A stretch of DNA of 64,000 bases, from the NCBI GenBank assembly GCA_965655095.1, contig OZ296649.1, positions 97,960,001 to 98,024,000 on the forward strand. Direction: 5' to 3'. Positions 37,001-52,000 of the stretch are shown piece by piece. Source of the DNA: Haplodiscus bocki (Eukaryota). The position numbers and the translations under genes were made by a program. Each line of letters begins with the position of its first letter. Position 1 is the stretch's first letter. The notes beneath the pieces are model-generated. The model worked only from the letters and a program-made list of their open reading frames with translations. It was not told where the DNA came from and made no database searches.

Positions 37001-40000
37001 TACAGGCTCCGAGTGTTTCAGTGGTTTTGAATCTTCGAAACCTCAGCTTTAACCGAAGACTATATTGGTTAAAGTTTTGTACCAGACTGTGTCCAGCTGT
37101 CATGGATAGGTCAGCTCAAAGCAGAAACAGAAAATCTAATACGTCCAAAAAAACTAAATTTCTCCAAAACTGGGTGATAAAAAATTGATTATAACATCCC
37201 CATGACACATGCTGAGCCACGCTATCAGCGCAACCGAGTTGTATTTTCCGGGCTTGCTCTTTAGGGCCCACCAATTTTTTCAATTTGATTTTTCAGAAAG
37301 TTCTGGTTACATATTGCAAAATCAGAGGTTTTACGAAAAAAAGGAGGGAATATGGCAAACCTGAATCAAAGCAGTGATTATTGGAACATAGTTTGAAAAA
37401 ATTAGACTTGAACTGACCATAGCAGCAACAATGATATTGAGAATTTTCATTTTAAAATATTATTCACGTTTTCAGTCAATATCTCCAAAACTTTATAATT
37501 CAAACTCCTAGTGCTACGGATCCAGATAGTGAAAACTTTCTCCACCAGTCCCCTAGTGTTGACCAACAACTCTCTGCTTGAGTAGTTAGGAAGATACTAT
37601 AATTGCTATTGGAACTTGTTTCTCACGTCATTTTGTCTTTTTATTGTCCCAGCCGAAATCAAAACCCGGAAAGTCGCACAACTTAGATGTTTTCTTGAAG
37701 CATTACCCACTTGTAACTCTGAAACTGCTCCAGTTGGATCATTCAACCATCTAGTTGGTGTTAAAGGGTTATGTAATAACCTGGAAAGATAAACCGGCAC
37801 ACATTGAAATCGAAGCCGTCCAACAAATTAAATGACCTGATTCTGGAAAAATTGATATAAAGATGACTCAGAATCTTTTGCTAAACGAACGTTGATATTT
37901 AGGCTCTTTTTTAAATTTTTCAGGATGATGATTATCAATATCGTGGAAAAGAACAACATGAAGTTATTTTTGCTACAGTCAATCAAGCTTTAACGCACTC
38001 TTAAGATGGCAGAATTCCAAATATCAAAAGTCTGTTGATAAACACTGGAAATCTTCTAATCCTAACTATCGATAAAAACTAAATGAATGGTCTTGCGTAC
38101 AGTTCGCGCATATTTACTTGAAGTGAACAAAAACTGCCGTGGACCACTGTGAATTATTTGCAATTGTTTACACTCTAGAAGTTTTCATTCTTCAATGTTT
38201 TCAATCAGATCATTAAATTACAATTTTCAATGACCAAAACTCTGTTCTCAGTACTTTTGCCCTGAACAACAAAATAAACGCACGTTATCTCCGTTAAAAA
38301 TTTGTTTTCAGAAGTTTTCCAAAAATAGTTTTTTTGGACACACAGCCAAAAACGATTATTGGCAGAACTACTCCGCGGAAACATTTCCACTAATTTTACA
38401 CAAGCAGCGAAAAAGAACAGCGACCCATCTTATTTTCTGTCAACTTTCTCGCAGTTTCTCACAAGTAAACTTTGAATACTTTGTTAAAAAAATAAATCAA
38501 TAGAGATGAGTTTGTCCTAACCTCGAACTTTAACAAAACTTTGCCATTTTACAGCAAAAAATTAAGAACGATAATATTCTACAACAGTTTGATGAAGGCC
38601 GCGAATTCAAAACTAAACTACTTACTGAAGAAAAAAAAGTTTCTCTCAGAGATTAACTTTTCTATTAGAAAAACTACCCTAAAATTATGAAATGGTAGCA
38701 AAATCATCTGCACTATGGAACGATAGTGTTGTGCACAGTGACGATGACAAAAATAATGATGAAAACTTCGCACACAAGTAGAAACGTAGACCATCAGAGC
38801 ACAAGTGCTAAAAACTGCCGATAACCGGTATCAATTCGAAACTAAAACAATACATTACCGGTAAGAAACTGATCTGGTAGGTATCTGCTCAGAATAAAAA
38901 ACCCCACAAAAACAATCAACAACTTCCATCGTTGACATCGATCCAGAGAAAGTCATAAATTTTTCTAAGTCCATTGTTCTGGATCTCATAAACGGGTTAT
39001 TGTTACAAAATCACAAATCTGGGCTGAGTTGAAAGATCAAAGAACTGAAAAGTCTCGAATAACAAGTCAAATTTTACACGAGGCAAGGCATTAAATCTTT
39101 GTTCTGCCCCTTTCGAAGTTTCAGAAAATGAACATTCCAGTCCTTACTAAACAAAATTTTATTTCGCTTTTGATTTAAATCTCTCAGTAGGATTCAAGTT
39201 TGCGCTACATTTTTGTGCCTTCATTTTCTGGCCATTTTGGACCAAAAAGCTGACATTTTAAGTTTAATCTCCATTTTAAAACCAACGAGCAGGAAAAAGA
39301 AGTGACTATATGTCAAGCCAAACAAATGAAGCTTTCCGCGTGGAGTAAAATTCTGCACGTCAATTGGATTTTGCCAAGACTGCGTAGGGCTTAAGTTGTT
39401 GCTTATTTATAGAAAAAGCAAGGCCCAAAACATCCTTCTCCGAAAAAAACAGCTTTGCTTTTGTCGTTTCTGATACTTTCAATCTTCATTTGTTGTCAAA
39501 TTGAACTCCACGTAGTCACACTGAAACTGCTGTTGACGTTTTTTCAAGGCACTGATGGCAAATTTGCTATAGTTTGTGATTAGAGGTTTTCAGATTCTGA
39601 ACTGAACATTCGGTCAATTTATTTCATTAGGCAAGGAAAAAGAAAAAGTGACCGTCGAGTGCTCAGTTTTTCTTCCAGAACAGAAATAAAAATATTGGGG
39701 AGAATGAAATTGCATCAACACATTGATCAGCAAACTTCAACACAGAATGACGCCGCCAAAACGTTGGCACACAGTCAAACTGAACTTCAATGCTGTAGTA
39801 ATATTGCAAATTGTTGAAGAACGGGAAGGGTACAAGTAGGAGATTGAAATCTAAAAACATTGCAAGGAATCAAATAAACATATACAGGAAAAAGTTTCCC
39901 GGGAAAAGTGGATATTTGATAAAATTTCAATACAAAGGAGGTGGGTGACACCAGCAAGTGGTTTTCAAAACATAAGGGGCTGGTTCACAATATGCCAGCT

Positions 40001-43000
40001 TTTTCAAATGGCAAATGTTACGAAAACAGTTGAAAACTTACGTTTCTATATTGATATTCATGCCCTGGATTTTTGTGACTCGGGTCGAAGACAGATAGTT
40101 TGTGCAGTTGGCTCAAAAAACAAGGTGCACTAATAAACGGGAGCAAGGATTTACACAAAGGACGTGATTTTGGAATGCTTTCTAATATTTGCTTCTTACT
40201 AAAAAACAGGCTACCGGTGTTTCAGTGGTTTTTATGTCTTCGAAACCTCAGCTTTAACCGAATAAACAATTGGTTAAAGCTTTGTACCAGATTGTGTCCA
40301 CTCGTCTTGGATACGTTAACTCAAAGCAGAAATGCGTAATCTAATATGTTCAAAATTACTCAGTACCTCCTAAACTTGATGAGAAAAAACTATTTATGAC
40401 ATGCCCTTGACACCTGCTTAGCCACGCTAGCAGAGCCACCGAGTTGAATTTCCTGGCTTCCACTTTAAAGACCACCAAATTTGTCAATATGATTTCTCAG
40501 AAAATTCCGTGTACAACATGCGAGTTTTGAGTTTTTACGAGAAAAATATCGAGGGATTTTGACTAAACTGAGTTAAAGGAGTGATTATTGGAACAGAATT
40601 GGAAAAAATTTGACTTGAAGTGACCATAGCAGCAACAAGGATTTTGAGATTTTTCATTTTAAAATAATATTCACGCTTTCGACCAATATCTCCGAAATTT
40701 TTTTATCAAACACTTAGTGCCACGGAGCCAGATAGTTAAAAGTTTCTCTATCAATCTCCTAGTTTTGACCAACCACTCTCTGCTTTAGGAAATAGGAGGA
40801 TACTGTAATTGCTATTGGAATTGCTTCAAATGGATTTTTCTCTTTTGTTGTCTCAGCCAAAAACAAAACTCGAAAAGTCGAACGACTGAGAAATTTTCTT
40901 GAAGCATTGCACAGTTCTAAGTCTGAATCTGCTCCAAATGGATCATTTATCTATCTACTTGCTGGAACATGGTCATTTATTCGTCTAAAAAATTGAACTG
41001 GCAAACACTAAAAACGAAGCCATCCAGCAAAAGAAAGGACGTGAATCTGAAAAAAGGTCTATTAAGGTTGACTCAAAGTCTTTAGCTAAAAGAATTTAGA
41101 TATTGCGTCTCTATTTTATCAATTTCAGCATTATGATTTTCAATATCATGGCAGCTAACAACATGAAGTTGTCTTTGCTACGGTCAATCAAGCTTTAACG
41201 CATTCTTAAGATGTCAGAGTTCAAAATATCGAAAATCTTTTTGATGATAACTGGTAATGTTCTAATCCTACCTATCGATAAAAACTAAAGGAAGGTTTTT
41301 GCAAAGAGTTCTCGCATTTTCCCTGAAAGTCAACAGAAACTGCTGTCGGCTACCGTGAATTTTCCAATCTTTAGAAATTGAACTTTCCAGTCTTTTTTAT
41401 ATGACGTTTTGTTGTGATTTTGAATTAAATCTCTCAGTAGAACACAAGTTTGCGGTACATTTTTGTGCCTTGACTTTTCTGGCCAATTTGGACCAAATTG
41501 TTGACATTTTAAGTTTAATCTCCTTTTTTCAATCCGGCGAGCAGTAAAAGAAGTGACTATATGTCGAGCCAAACAAATGAAGGTTTCCGCGTGGAGTAAA
41601 GTTCTGCACGTCAATTGGATTTTGCCAAGACTGCGTAGGGCTCAAGTTGTTGCTTATTTATAGAAAAGCAAGGCCCAAAACAACTTTCTCCGAGAAAACA
41701 GCTTTGCTTTTGTCGTTTCTGATACTTTCAATCTTCATGTGTTGCCAAATTGAACTCCACGTAGTCACACTGAAACTGCTGTTGACGTTGTTTCAAGGTA
41801 CTGATGGCAAATTTGCTATAATTTGTGATTAGAGGTTTTCAGATTCTGAACTGAACATTCGGTCAATTTGTTTCAATAGGCAAGGAAAGAGAAAAAGTGA
41901 CCGCCGAGTGCTCAGTTTTTCTTCCAGAACAGAAATAGAAATATTGGGGAGAATGAAATTGCATCAACACATTGATCAGCAAACTTCAACACAGAATGAC
42001 GCCGCCAAAACGTTAGCACACAGTCAAACTGAACTTCAATGCTGTAGCAACATTGCAAATTATTGATGAACCGGAAGGGTACAAGTAGGAGATTGAATTC
42101 TAAAAACATTGCAAGGAATCAAATAAACATATACAGGAAAAAAATACCCTGATATTGAGTGCCCTGGGTTTTTTTTTGACTCGCATCGAGGACAAATAGC
42201 TTGTGCAGTTGGCTCAAAAAACAAGGTGCACTAATAAACGGCAGCATGGATTTACACAAAGGGCGTGATTTTGGAATGTTTTCTAATCGTTGCTTCTTAC
42301 TAAAAAGCAGGCTCAGTTTCAGTGGTTTTCGAAACTTCGAAACCTCAGCTTTAACCGAATACTACAATGGTTAAAGTTTTGTACCAGACTGTGTCCGATT
42401 GTCCTGGATACGTCAACTCAAAGCAGAAATAGTTAATCTAATATCTTCAAAAAACTCAGTTCCTCCGATACCTGATGAGAAAAAAATATTATTGACATGC
42501 CCTTGACACCTGCTTAACCACGCTAATAGCGCCGAGTTGAGTTTCCCAACTTGCACTTTAAGTACCACCAATTTTGTCAAAATGATTTCTCAGAGAATTC
42601 CGTGTACAACTTGCAAATTCCGAGGTTCTACGAAAAAAACATCGAGGGAAAATGGCTAAACTGAGTTAAAGCAGTGTTTATCGGAAAAAAAACTGGAAAA
42701 AATTTGACGTGAAGTGACCATAGCAGCAACAATGGTATTGAGAATTTTCATTTTAAAATAATAATCACGTTTTCGACCGAAATCTCCAAAACTTTCCAAA
42801 TCAAACTCCTAGTGCCACGGTTCCAGATAGTTAAAATTTTCTCCAGCAATCCCCTAGTGTTGACCAACGACTCTGCTTTAGGAAATAGGAGGATACTGTA
42901 ATTGCTATTGGAATTGCTTCAAATGGATTTTCTCTTTTTGTTGTCTCAGTTCAAAACAAAACTCGGAAAGTCGAACAACTCAGAAATTTTCTTGAGGCAT

Positions 43001-46000
43001 TGGACAATTCTAAGTCTGAAACTGCTCCAATTGGATCGTTTATCTATCTACTTGCTGGAACATGGTCATTTATTCATCTAAAAAAATGAACTGGCAAACA
43101 TTAAAATCGAAGCCATCCAGCAAAGGAAATGACGTGAATCTGAAAAAAAGGTCTATTAAGGTTGACTCAAAGTCTTTAGCTAAAAGAATTTAGATATTGC
43201 GTCTCTATTTTATCAATGTCAGCATTATGATTTTCAATATCATGGCAGCTAACAACATGAAGTTATCTTTGCTACGGTCAATCAAGCTTTAACGCATTCT
43301 TAAGATGTCAGAGCTCAAAATATCGAAAGACTGTTTCATCAAAACTGGAATTGTTCTAACCCTACCTGTCGATAAAAACTAAAGGCATGTTTTTGCATAC
43401 AATTCTCGCATTTTTACTGAAAGTAAACAGAAACTGCTATCAGCTACCGTGAACTAATTGCTTTTGTTTCCCCTCTAGAAGTTTTCATTCTTTTGGTTTC
43501 TGGATCAGATCATTCAATTGCAAATTGCAATGACCACAAATAAGTTCTCAGTATTTTTGCCCTGAACGACAAAATAAACCCACGTTGTCTTCGTTACTAT
43601 TTTATTTACAGAAGTTTTTCAAAATCAGTTTTCTTGGACGCACAGCCAAAAATGATTATTGGCAGAACTGCTCCGCAGAAATGTTTCCACTAAAAGATTA
43701 CAAAAGCAGCGAAAAATACAGCGACCCATCCTGTTTGCTCTTAACTTTCTTGCAAGGAACTTTTTAATAACATTTAAAAATAATAAGCCATTAGAGATGA
43801 GTTACTCACAACCTTGAGCTTTAACGAAACTTTGCCATACTTCATCGGAAAATCAAAAACGATATTCTTCTAAAACAGTTCGATGAAGGCCGCGAAGTTA
43901 GAACTAAACTACTTACTGACGAAAAAAGTTTTTCTCATAGAATAACTTTCCAATTAAAAAATTACCTTAAATTTATGAAATGGTAGCAAAATCATCTGCA
44001 CTTTGGAACGATAGTGTTGTGCACAATGACGATGACAAAAATGCTGATGAAAGCTTCGCACACAAGCAGTAACGCAGACCATCAGAGCAAAAGTGCTGAA
44101 AGTTGCTGACAACCGGTAACAATTCGAAACTAAAAAATTACATTACCTGTAAGAAACTGATCTAGTAGGTAACTCCTCAGAATTTTACACCCACAAAAAC
44201 AATCAGTAATTTCCATCGATGACATCTATCAAGAAAAAATCATAAAATTTTCAGCTCCGTTGTTCTGGATCTCATAAACGGGTTATTGTTATAAACCCAC
44301 AAATCCGGGGTGAGTTGAAAGATCAAGGAACTGAAAGTCTCGAATAACAAGTCAACTTTTACACGAGGCAAGGCATTAAATCCTTGTTCTGCCCCCTTCG
44401 AAGTTTCAGAAAATTAACATTTTAGTCCGTATTAAACGAAATTTTATTTCGCTTTTGATTTAAATCTCTCAGTAGGATTCAAGTTTGCGGTATATTTTTG
44501 TGCCTTGACTTTTCTGGCCATTTTGGACCAAAGTGCTGACATTTCAAGTTTAATCTCCATTTTAAACCAACGAGCAGGAAAAGGAAGTGACTTTATATCA
44601 AGCCAAACAAATGAATCTTTCCGTGTAGACTAAAAATCTGCACCTCAATTGGATCTGGCCTTGACTGCGTAGGGCTTAAGTTGTCGCTTGTTTATTGTAA
44701 AAACAAGGCCCAAAACATTCATCTCCGAAAAAACTGCTTTGTTTTTGTCGTTTCTTGTACTTTTAATCTTCATGTGTTGCCAAATCTAACTCCACGTAGT
44801 CTCACCGAAACTGCTGTTGAAGTTGCTTCAAGGTACTGATGGCAATTTGGCTATAATTTGTGATTAGATGTTTTCAAATCGTCAACTGAACTTTCGGTCA
44901 AGTTGTTTCAATGGGCAGGTAAACAAGAAAAGTGAGCGTTGAGTGGTTAATTTTTCTTCTAAAATAGAAAGAGAAAAAGGGGGGAGATAGAAATTGCATC
45001 AACACATTGATCAGCAAACTTCAACACAGAATGATGCCGCCAGTATTTTGGTGCACAGTCAAACTGTACTTTAATGCTGTAGCAGTATTGCAAATCTTTC
45101 ATGAACCGGAATGTTGCAAGTAGAAGATTGAAATCTAAAAACATTGCCAGGAATCAAATAATCTTATACGGTAAAACAACATCCGGGAAAAGTGGACAGT
45201 TGGTAGTGTTTCAATATAAACAAAGGAAGTGGGTGACACCAGGAGCTGTTTTTTAAAACAAAAGGGGCTGATTTACACAATGGCAGCTTTTTCAAATGGC
45301 AAATGTTACGATAACAGTTTAAAACTTACGTTTATACCCTGATATAGAGTGCTCTGGGTTTTTGTGACTAGTATCGAGGACACATAGCTTGTGCAATTGG
45401 CTCAAATTGCAAGGTGCACTAATAAACGGGTGCAAGGACATAAACAGAGGACGTGGTTTCGGAATGTTTTCTAATCGTTGCATCTTATTAAAAAATAGGC
45501 TCCCAGTATTTCAGTGGTTTTGGTATCTTTTAAACCTCAGCTTTAACCGATTACTACAATGAAAAATTTTTTTTACTAAACTGTGTCCGACTGTCATGGA
45601 TACGTCAACTCAAAGCCGATACAGATAATCTAATACGTTCAGAAATACCCGGGTTCTCCGAAAGCTGGTGAGAAAAAAAAAGATTATTGACATTCCTTTG
45701 ACAAGTGCTTAGCCACGTTAGCAGCGCTACCGAGTTGAACTTTCCTGGCTGGCCCTTTGAGGCCCACAAAGTTTGTCAATATGATTTCTCAGAAATTTCC
45801 GGGTACAATTTGCAAAGTCCGATATTATACAAAAAAACGAGGGAAAATGGCAAAACTTAGTTAGAGCAGTGATTACTGGAACAGAATTGGAAAAAATTTG
45901 ACTTGAAGTGACCATAGCAGCAACAATGATTTCGAGATATATCATTTTAAAAAATTGTTCAAGTTTTCGACCAATATCTCCAAAACTTTCTTTTTCAAAT

Positions 46001-49000
46001 TCCTAGTGCCACGGACCCAGATAATTGAATCTTTCTCCACCAATCCCCTAGTGTTGACCAACAACTCTCTGTTTGAGAGTTAGGAGGATACTGTAATTGC
46101 TATTGGAAAATGCTTCTCACCGACTTTTCTTTTTCTTGTTATGCCAGCCGAAAACAAAACTTGAAAGGTCGAACGACTCAGAAGTTTTCTTCAAGCATTA
46201 CACAATTCTATGTCTGAAGCTGCTGCAGTTGGATCATTTATCTGTTTAGTTGCTGTTAAATGGTCATATATTCACCTAAAAAACAAAACCGGCAAACAAT
46301 AAAATCGAAGCCGTCAAGCAAACGAAATGACGTGAATCTGAAAAAAGGCCTAATAAAGATGACTCAAAATCTTTTGATAAAAATGTTTCGTTATTGCGTC
46401 TCGTCATTTTAATCCTTAGGATGATGATTCTCAATATCATGGGAACTAACAACACGAAGTTATTTTTGCTACGATCAATCAAACTTTAACGCACTCTTAA
46501 GATGACAGAGTTCCAGATATCAAAAGTCTTTTTTTTAATCATAATTGGAAATGTTCTAATCCTAACTATCGATAAAAACTAAAAGCATGTTTTTGCTTAC
46601 AATTCTCGCAAATTTACTGATAATGAACAGAAACTGCTACTGGCTACCGTGAACTAGTTGCTTTTGTTTACATTCTAGAAAATTTTATTCCTTTGGTTTT
46701 TGAATCAGGTTTTCAAAATGGAAATCTCGATGACCACAAGTCTATTCTCAGTATTTTTGCCCTGAACGACGAAATAAACCCACGTTATCTCCGTTAATGT
46801 AATATTTTCAAGATTTTTCCAAAAAAAATTTTTTTGGACACACAGCCAAAAATGAAAGTTGGCAGAAACGCTCCACAGCGACGTTTCCACTAAAATATTA
46901 CAAAAGCAACGAAAAATACAGCAACCCATCCTAGTTTCTGTTAACTTTGTTGCAAATTCTTGCAAGGAACCTCTGAAATTTTTATAAAAAAAAGTCATCA
47001 GAGATGAGTTGATCACAAACTTGAACTTTAATAAAAGTTTGCCATTTCACAGCAAAAAATCAAAAACGATATTGTTCTACAACACTTTGATAAAGGCCGA
47101 CAAAAAAACTAAAACAGTTACTGAAGAAAAAAGTTTCTCTCAGAGATTAACTCTCCATTAAAAAAAACTACCCTAAAATTATGAAATGGTAGCAAAATCA
47201 TCTGCACTATGGAACGATAGTGTTGTGCACAGTGACGATGACAAAAATGTTGATGAAAGCTTCGCACACAAGCAGAAACGCAGACCTTCAGAGCAGAACT
47301 GCTAAAAGTTGCTGACAACCGGTAAAAATTCGAAACTAAAATTTTACATTACCTGTAAGAAACTGATCTGGTAGATATCTCCTCAGAATTTTAAACCCCA
47401 CAAAAACAATCAAGAACTTCCATCGATGACATCGATCAAGAAAAAAATATAAGTTTTTTAAGTCCGTTGTTCTGGATCTCATAAACGAGTTATTGTTATA
47501 AAACCACAAGTCCGGGGTGAGTTGAAAGATCAAAGAACTGAAAAGTCTCGAATAACAAGTCATCTTTTACACGAGGCAAAGCATTAAATCCCTGTTCTGC
47601 CCCCTTCGAAGTTTTAGAAAATGAACATTGCAGTCTTTATTAAACGAAGTTTTGTTTTGCTTTTGAATTAAATCTCTCAGTAGGATTCAAGTTTGCCATA
47701 TATTTTTGTGCCTTGACTTTTCTGGCCATTTTGGACCAAAGTGCTGACATTTCAAGTTTAATCTCCATTTTAAACCAACGAGCAGGAAAAGGAAGTGACT
47801 TTATATCAAGCCAAACAAATGAATCTTTCCGTGTAGACTAAAAATCTGCACCTCAATTGGATCTGGCCTTGACTGCGTAGGGCTTAAGTTGTCGCTTGTT
47901 TATTGTAAAAACAAGGCCCAAAACATTCATCTCCGAAAAAACTGCTTTGTTTTTGTCGTTTCTTGTACTTTTAATCTTCATGTGTTGCCAAATCTAACTC
48001 CACGTAGTCTCACCGAAACTGCTGTTGAAGTTGCTTCAAGGTACTGATGGCAATTTGGCTATAATTTGTGATTAGATGTTTTCAAATCGTCAACTGAACT
48101 TTCGGTCAAGTTGTTTCAATGGGCAGGTAAACAAGAAAAGTGAGCGTTGAGTGGTTAATTTTTCTTCTAAAATAGAAAGAGAAAAAGGGGGGAGATAGAA
48201 ATTGCATCAACACATTGATCAGCAAACTTCAACACAGAATGATGCCGCCAGTATTTTGGTGCACAGTCAAACTGTACTTTAATGCTGCAGCAGTATTACA
48301 AATGTTTAATGAACCGGAATGTTGCAAGTAGAAGATTGAAATCTAAAAACATTGCCAGGAATCAAATAATCTTATACGGTAAAACAACATCCGGGAAAAG
48401 TGGACAGTTGGTAGTGTTTCAATATAAACAAAGGAAGTGGGTGACACCAGCAGGTGTTTTTCAAAACAAAAGGGGCCGGTTTACCACATGGCAGCTTTTT
48501 CAAATGTTAAATGTTACGATAACAGTTTAACACTTACGTTTATACCCTGATATAGAGTGCTCTGGGTTTTTGTGACTAGTATCGAGGACACATAGCTTGT
48601 GCAATTGGCTCAATTTGCAAGGTGCACTAAGAAACGGGTGCAAGGACATAAACAAAAGACGTGGTTTCGGAATGTTTTCTAACCGTTGCATCTTACTAAA
48701 AAACAAGCTCCCAGTATTTCAGTGGTTTTGGTATCTTTTAAACCTCACCTTTAACTGATTACTACATTGAAAAATCTTTTTACCAAACTGTGTCCGACCG
48801 TCATGGATACGTCAACTCAAAGCCGATACAGATAATCTAAAACGTTCAAAAATACCCAGGTTCTCCAAAACCTGGTGAGAAAAAAAGATTATTGACATCC
48901 CTTTGACAAGTGCTTAGCCACGCTAGCAGCGCTACCGAGTTGAACTTTCCTGGCTGGCCCTTTGAGGCCCACAAACTTTGTCAATATGATTTCTCAGAAA

Positions 49001-52000
49001 TTTCCGGGTACAATTTGCAAAGTCCGATGTTATACAAAAAAAACGAGGGAAAATGGCAAAACTTAGTTAGAGCAGTGATTACTGGAACAGAATTGGAAAA
49101 AATTTGACTTGAATTGACCATAGCAGCAACAATGATTTCGAGATATATCATTTTAAAAAATTGTTCAAGTTTTCTACCAATATCTCCAAAACTTTCTGTT
49201 TCAAATTCCTAGTGCTACGGATCCAGATAGTTGAATCTTTCTCCACCAATCCCCTAGTATTGACCAACAACTCTCTGTCTGAGAGTTAGGAGGATACTGT
49301 AATTGCTATTGGAAAATGCTTCTCACCGACTTTTCTTTTTTTTGTTATGCCAGCCGAAAACAAAATTCGAAAGGTCGAACGACTCAGAAGTTTTCTTCAA
49401 GCATTACACAATTCTAAGTCTGAAGCTGCTGCAGTTGGATCATTTATCTGTTTAGTTGCTGTTAACTGGTCATGTATTCACCTAAAACACTAAACCGGCA
49501 AACATTCAAAATGAAGCCGTCCTGCAAAAGAAAAGACGTGAATCTGAGAAAAGTTCTATTAAAGATCAATCAAAATCTTTTGCTAAAAGAAAGTTGATAT
49601 TGCGTCTTTATATTGTAATTTTTAGCATGATGATATTCAATATCACGGGAACTAATAAGATGATGTTATCTTTGCTAGGGTCAACCAAGCTTTAACGCAT
49701 TCTTAAGATGTCAGAGTTCCAAACATTGAAACTCATTTCTATTATAACTGGGAATGTTCTAATCCTACCTATCGATAAAAACTAAAAGCAAGTTTTTGCA
49801 TACAATTCTCGCAAATTTACTGATAATGAACAGAAACTGCTACCGGCTACCGTGAACTAGTTGCCTTTGTTTACATTCTAGAAAATTTCATTCCTTTGAA
49901 TTTTGAATCAGGTTTTTAAAATGCAAATCTCGATGACCACAAGTCTATTCTCAGTAGTTTTTCACTGAACGACGAATAAAACCCACGTTATCACCGTTAA
50001 TGTAATATTTTCAAGATTTTTCCAAAAAAAACGTTTTTTTGGACACACAGCCAAAAATGATAATTGGCAAAAACGCTCCACAGCGACGTTTCCACTAAAA
50101 TATTACAAAAGCAACGAAAAATACAGCAACCCATCCTAGTTTCTGTTGACTTTGTTGCAAATTCTTGCAAGGAACCTCTGAAACTTTTTTAAAAAATAAA
50201 AAATCATCAGAGATGAGTTAGTCACAAACTTGAACTTAATTAAAACTTTGCCATTTTACAGCGAAAAATCAAAAACGATTTTATTCTACAACACTTTGAT
50301 AAAGGCCGAAAAAAAACTAAAACACTTACTGAAAAAAAAATTTCTCTCAGAGACTAACTCCTCATTAATAAAAACTACCCTAAAAGTATGAAATGGTAGC
50401 AAAATCATCTGCACTATGGAACGATAATTGCTTTTGCTGTAATTGCTATTGGAAATTGCTTCAAATGGATTTTTCTCTTTTTGTTGTCTCAGCTAAAATT
50501 AAAACTCGAAAAGTCGAACGACTCATAATTTTTCTTGAAGCATTGCACAGTTCTAAGTCTGAATCTGCTCCGAATGGATCATTTATCTATCTAGTTGCTG
50601 TTAGATGGTCATTTCTTCATCTAAAAAATTAAACTGGCAAACATTAAAATCGAAGCCGACCAGCAAAAGAAATGACGTGAATCTGAGAAAAGGTCTATCA
50701 ATGATGACTCAAAGTCTTTAGCTAAAGGAATTTAGATATTGCGTCTCTATTTTATCAATTTCAGCATTATGATTTTCAATATCATGGCAGCTAACAACAT
50801 GAAGTTATGTTCGCTACGGTCAATCAAGCTTGAACGCATTCCTTAGATGTCAGAGTTCCAAATATCAAAAATCTTTTTTATCAAAACTGGAATTGTTCTA
50901 ACCCTACCTGTCGATAAAAACTAAAAGCATGTTTTTTGCATACAATTCTCGCATTTTTACTGAAAGTAAACAGAAACTGCTATCAGCTACCGTGAACTAA
51001 TTGCTTTTGATCCCCCTCTAGAAGTTTTCATTCTTTTGGTTATTGAATCAGATCATTCAACTGCAAATCGCAATGACCACAAATAAGTTCTCTGTATTTT
51101 TGCCCTGAACTACACAATAAACCCACGTTGTCTTCGTTAATATTTTATTTTCACGAGTTTTTCAAAAACAGTTTTCTTGGACACACAGCCAAAAATGATT
51201 ATTGGCAGAACTGCTCCGCAGACATGTTTCCACTAAAAGATTACAAAAGCAGCGGAAAACACAGCGACCCATCCTGTTTGCTCTTAACTTTCTTGCAGTT
51301 TCTTGCAAGGAACTTTTTAATATTTTTTTAAAACATAAGCCATTAGAGATGAGTTACTCACAACCTTGAGCTTTAACGAAACTTTGCCATACTTCATCGG
51401 AAAATCAAAAACGATATTCTTCTAAAACAGTTCGATGAAGGCCGCGAAGTTAGAACTAAACTACTTACTGACGAAAAAAGTTTTTCTCATAGAATAACTT
51501 TCCAATTAAAAAAACAACCCTAAATTTTTGAAATGGTAGCAAAAGCATCTGCACTATGGAACGATAGTGTTGTGCACAGTGACGATGACAAAAATAATGA
51601 TGAAAGCTTCGCACACAAACAGCAACGCAGACCATCAGAGCAGCAGTCCTAAAAGTTGCTGACAACCGGTAACAATTCGAAACTAAAATTTTACATTACT
51701 TGTAAGAAACTGATCTAGTGGATATCTCCTCAGAATTTTACACCCCACAAAAACAATCAATAACTTCCATCGAAGACATCGATCAACAAAAACATAAGTT
51801 TTTCAAGTCCGTTGTTCTGGATCGCATAAACGGGTTGTTGTTATATAACCACAAATCCGGGGTGAGTTGAAAGATCAAGGATTTGAAAAATCTCGAATAA
51901 CAGGTCAACTTTTACACGAGGCAAGGCATTAAATCCTTGTTCTGCCCCCTTCAAAGTTTTAGAAAATGAACATTGCAGTCTTTATTAAACGAAGTTTTGT

